The notes beneath the pieces are model-generated. The model worked only from the letters and a program-made list of their open reading frames with translations, searched no databases and was not told where the DNA came from. The position numbers and the translations under genes are program-made. Shown here one piece after another: positions 63,410 through 64,000 of a stretch of 64,000 bases of DNA (the stretch's first letter is position 1; each line of letters begins with the position of its first letter). The stretch is from Okamejei kenojei (lineage: Eukaryota), in contig CM069148.1 in NCBI GenBank assembly GCA_035221665.1, forward strand, positions 49,786,001-49,850,000, in the 5' to 3' direction.

Positions 63410-63669
63410 GCCCCCGGGCAACCTAAACGGTGACTCATTTTGCCCGGCTTGGCACCCAAATACTGGTTATTACCGGTAGACGCAAAAACACTGGAGTCAG
63501 TCAGCATCTCTAGAGTCTAGGAACTGACGTTTCGTGTGGGTGGCGGCTGTATTCCTCTAGTATCTTTAATTGCGAGGCAAAGATACTGGGAGCCAAAGAT
63601 ATCTTTGCTAGGAGTGGGGTGACGAGGGGTCGGAGCGAATGACGGGCCGCGTGCGACAGCGGCTTCAAC

Positions 63670-64000
63670 GCCTCCCCCCCTCCTCCTCCCTCACCCCCTC
63701 ACCCCCCTCCACCTCACCCCTCCCTCCTCACCCCCCCTCCACCCCCCTCCCCCCCTCCTCACCCGCCTCCCCCCTCCACACCCCCCCTCACCCCCCCCCT
63801 CTTCACCCCTCCTCCTCCCCCCCACCCCCCTCCTCCTCACCCCCCCTCCTCATCCCCCTCCCTCCTCCCCCTCCACACCCCCCCTCTTCACCCCCCCTCC
63901 TCCCCCCGCCACCCCCTCCTCCTCACCCCCCTCCTCATCCCCCTCCCTCCTCCCCCTCCACACCCCCCTCTTCACCCCCCCTCCTCCCCCCGCCACCCCC
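63670..64000. repeat. C-rich low-complexity tandem repeat (G4-prone on minus strand)
   Basis: Repeated cccccctcctc units running to the window end. Confidence 0.9.

Overview
Vertebrate genomic DNA, most likely a cartilaginous fish (skate/ray/shark), judged from abundant HE1-type tRNA SINEs paired with CR1 LINEs. Most of the window is transposon debris: CR1, L1, Penelope, a DIRS tyrosine-recombinase element, a Helitron-like insert, MITEs and a solo LTR, often nested. One host gene runs through it on the minus strand, with 10 coding exons (ATG 57348, stop 15465, about 976 aa, all introns GT-AG and phase 1). It encodes a signal peptide, an Ig V domain and an Ig C1 domain that strongly resemble B7-H6/NCR3LG1, a single transmembrane exon, and then six more C1-type Ig exons AFTER the transmembrane segment. 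If spliced as predicted, this is a type I membrane protein with about 690 aa of cytoplasmic C1-set Ig domains. Four of those six domains have lost the canonical B-F disulfide. A perfect IRF/ISRE motif lies about 125 bp upstream of the ATG. This architecture is the main candidate for an undescribed system; the splicing is inferred from sequence, not demonstrated.
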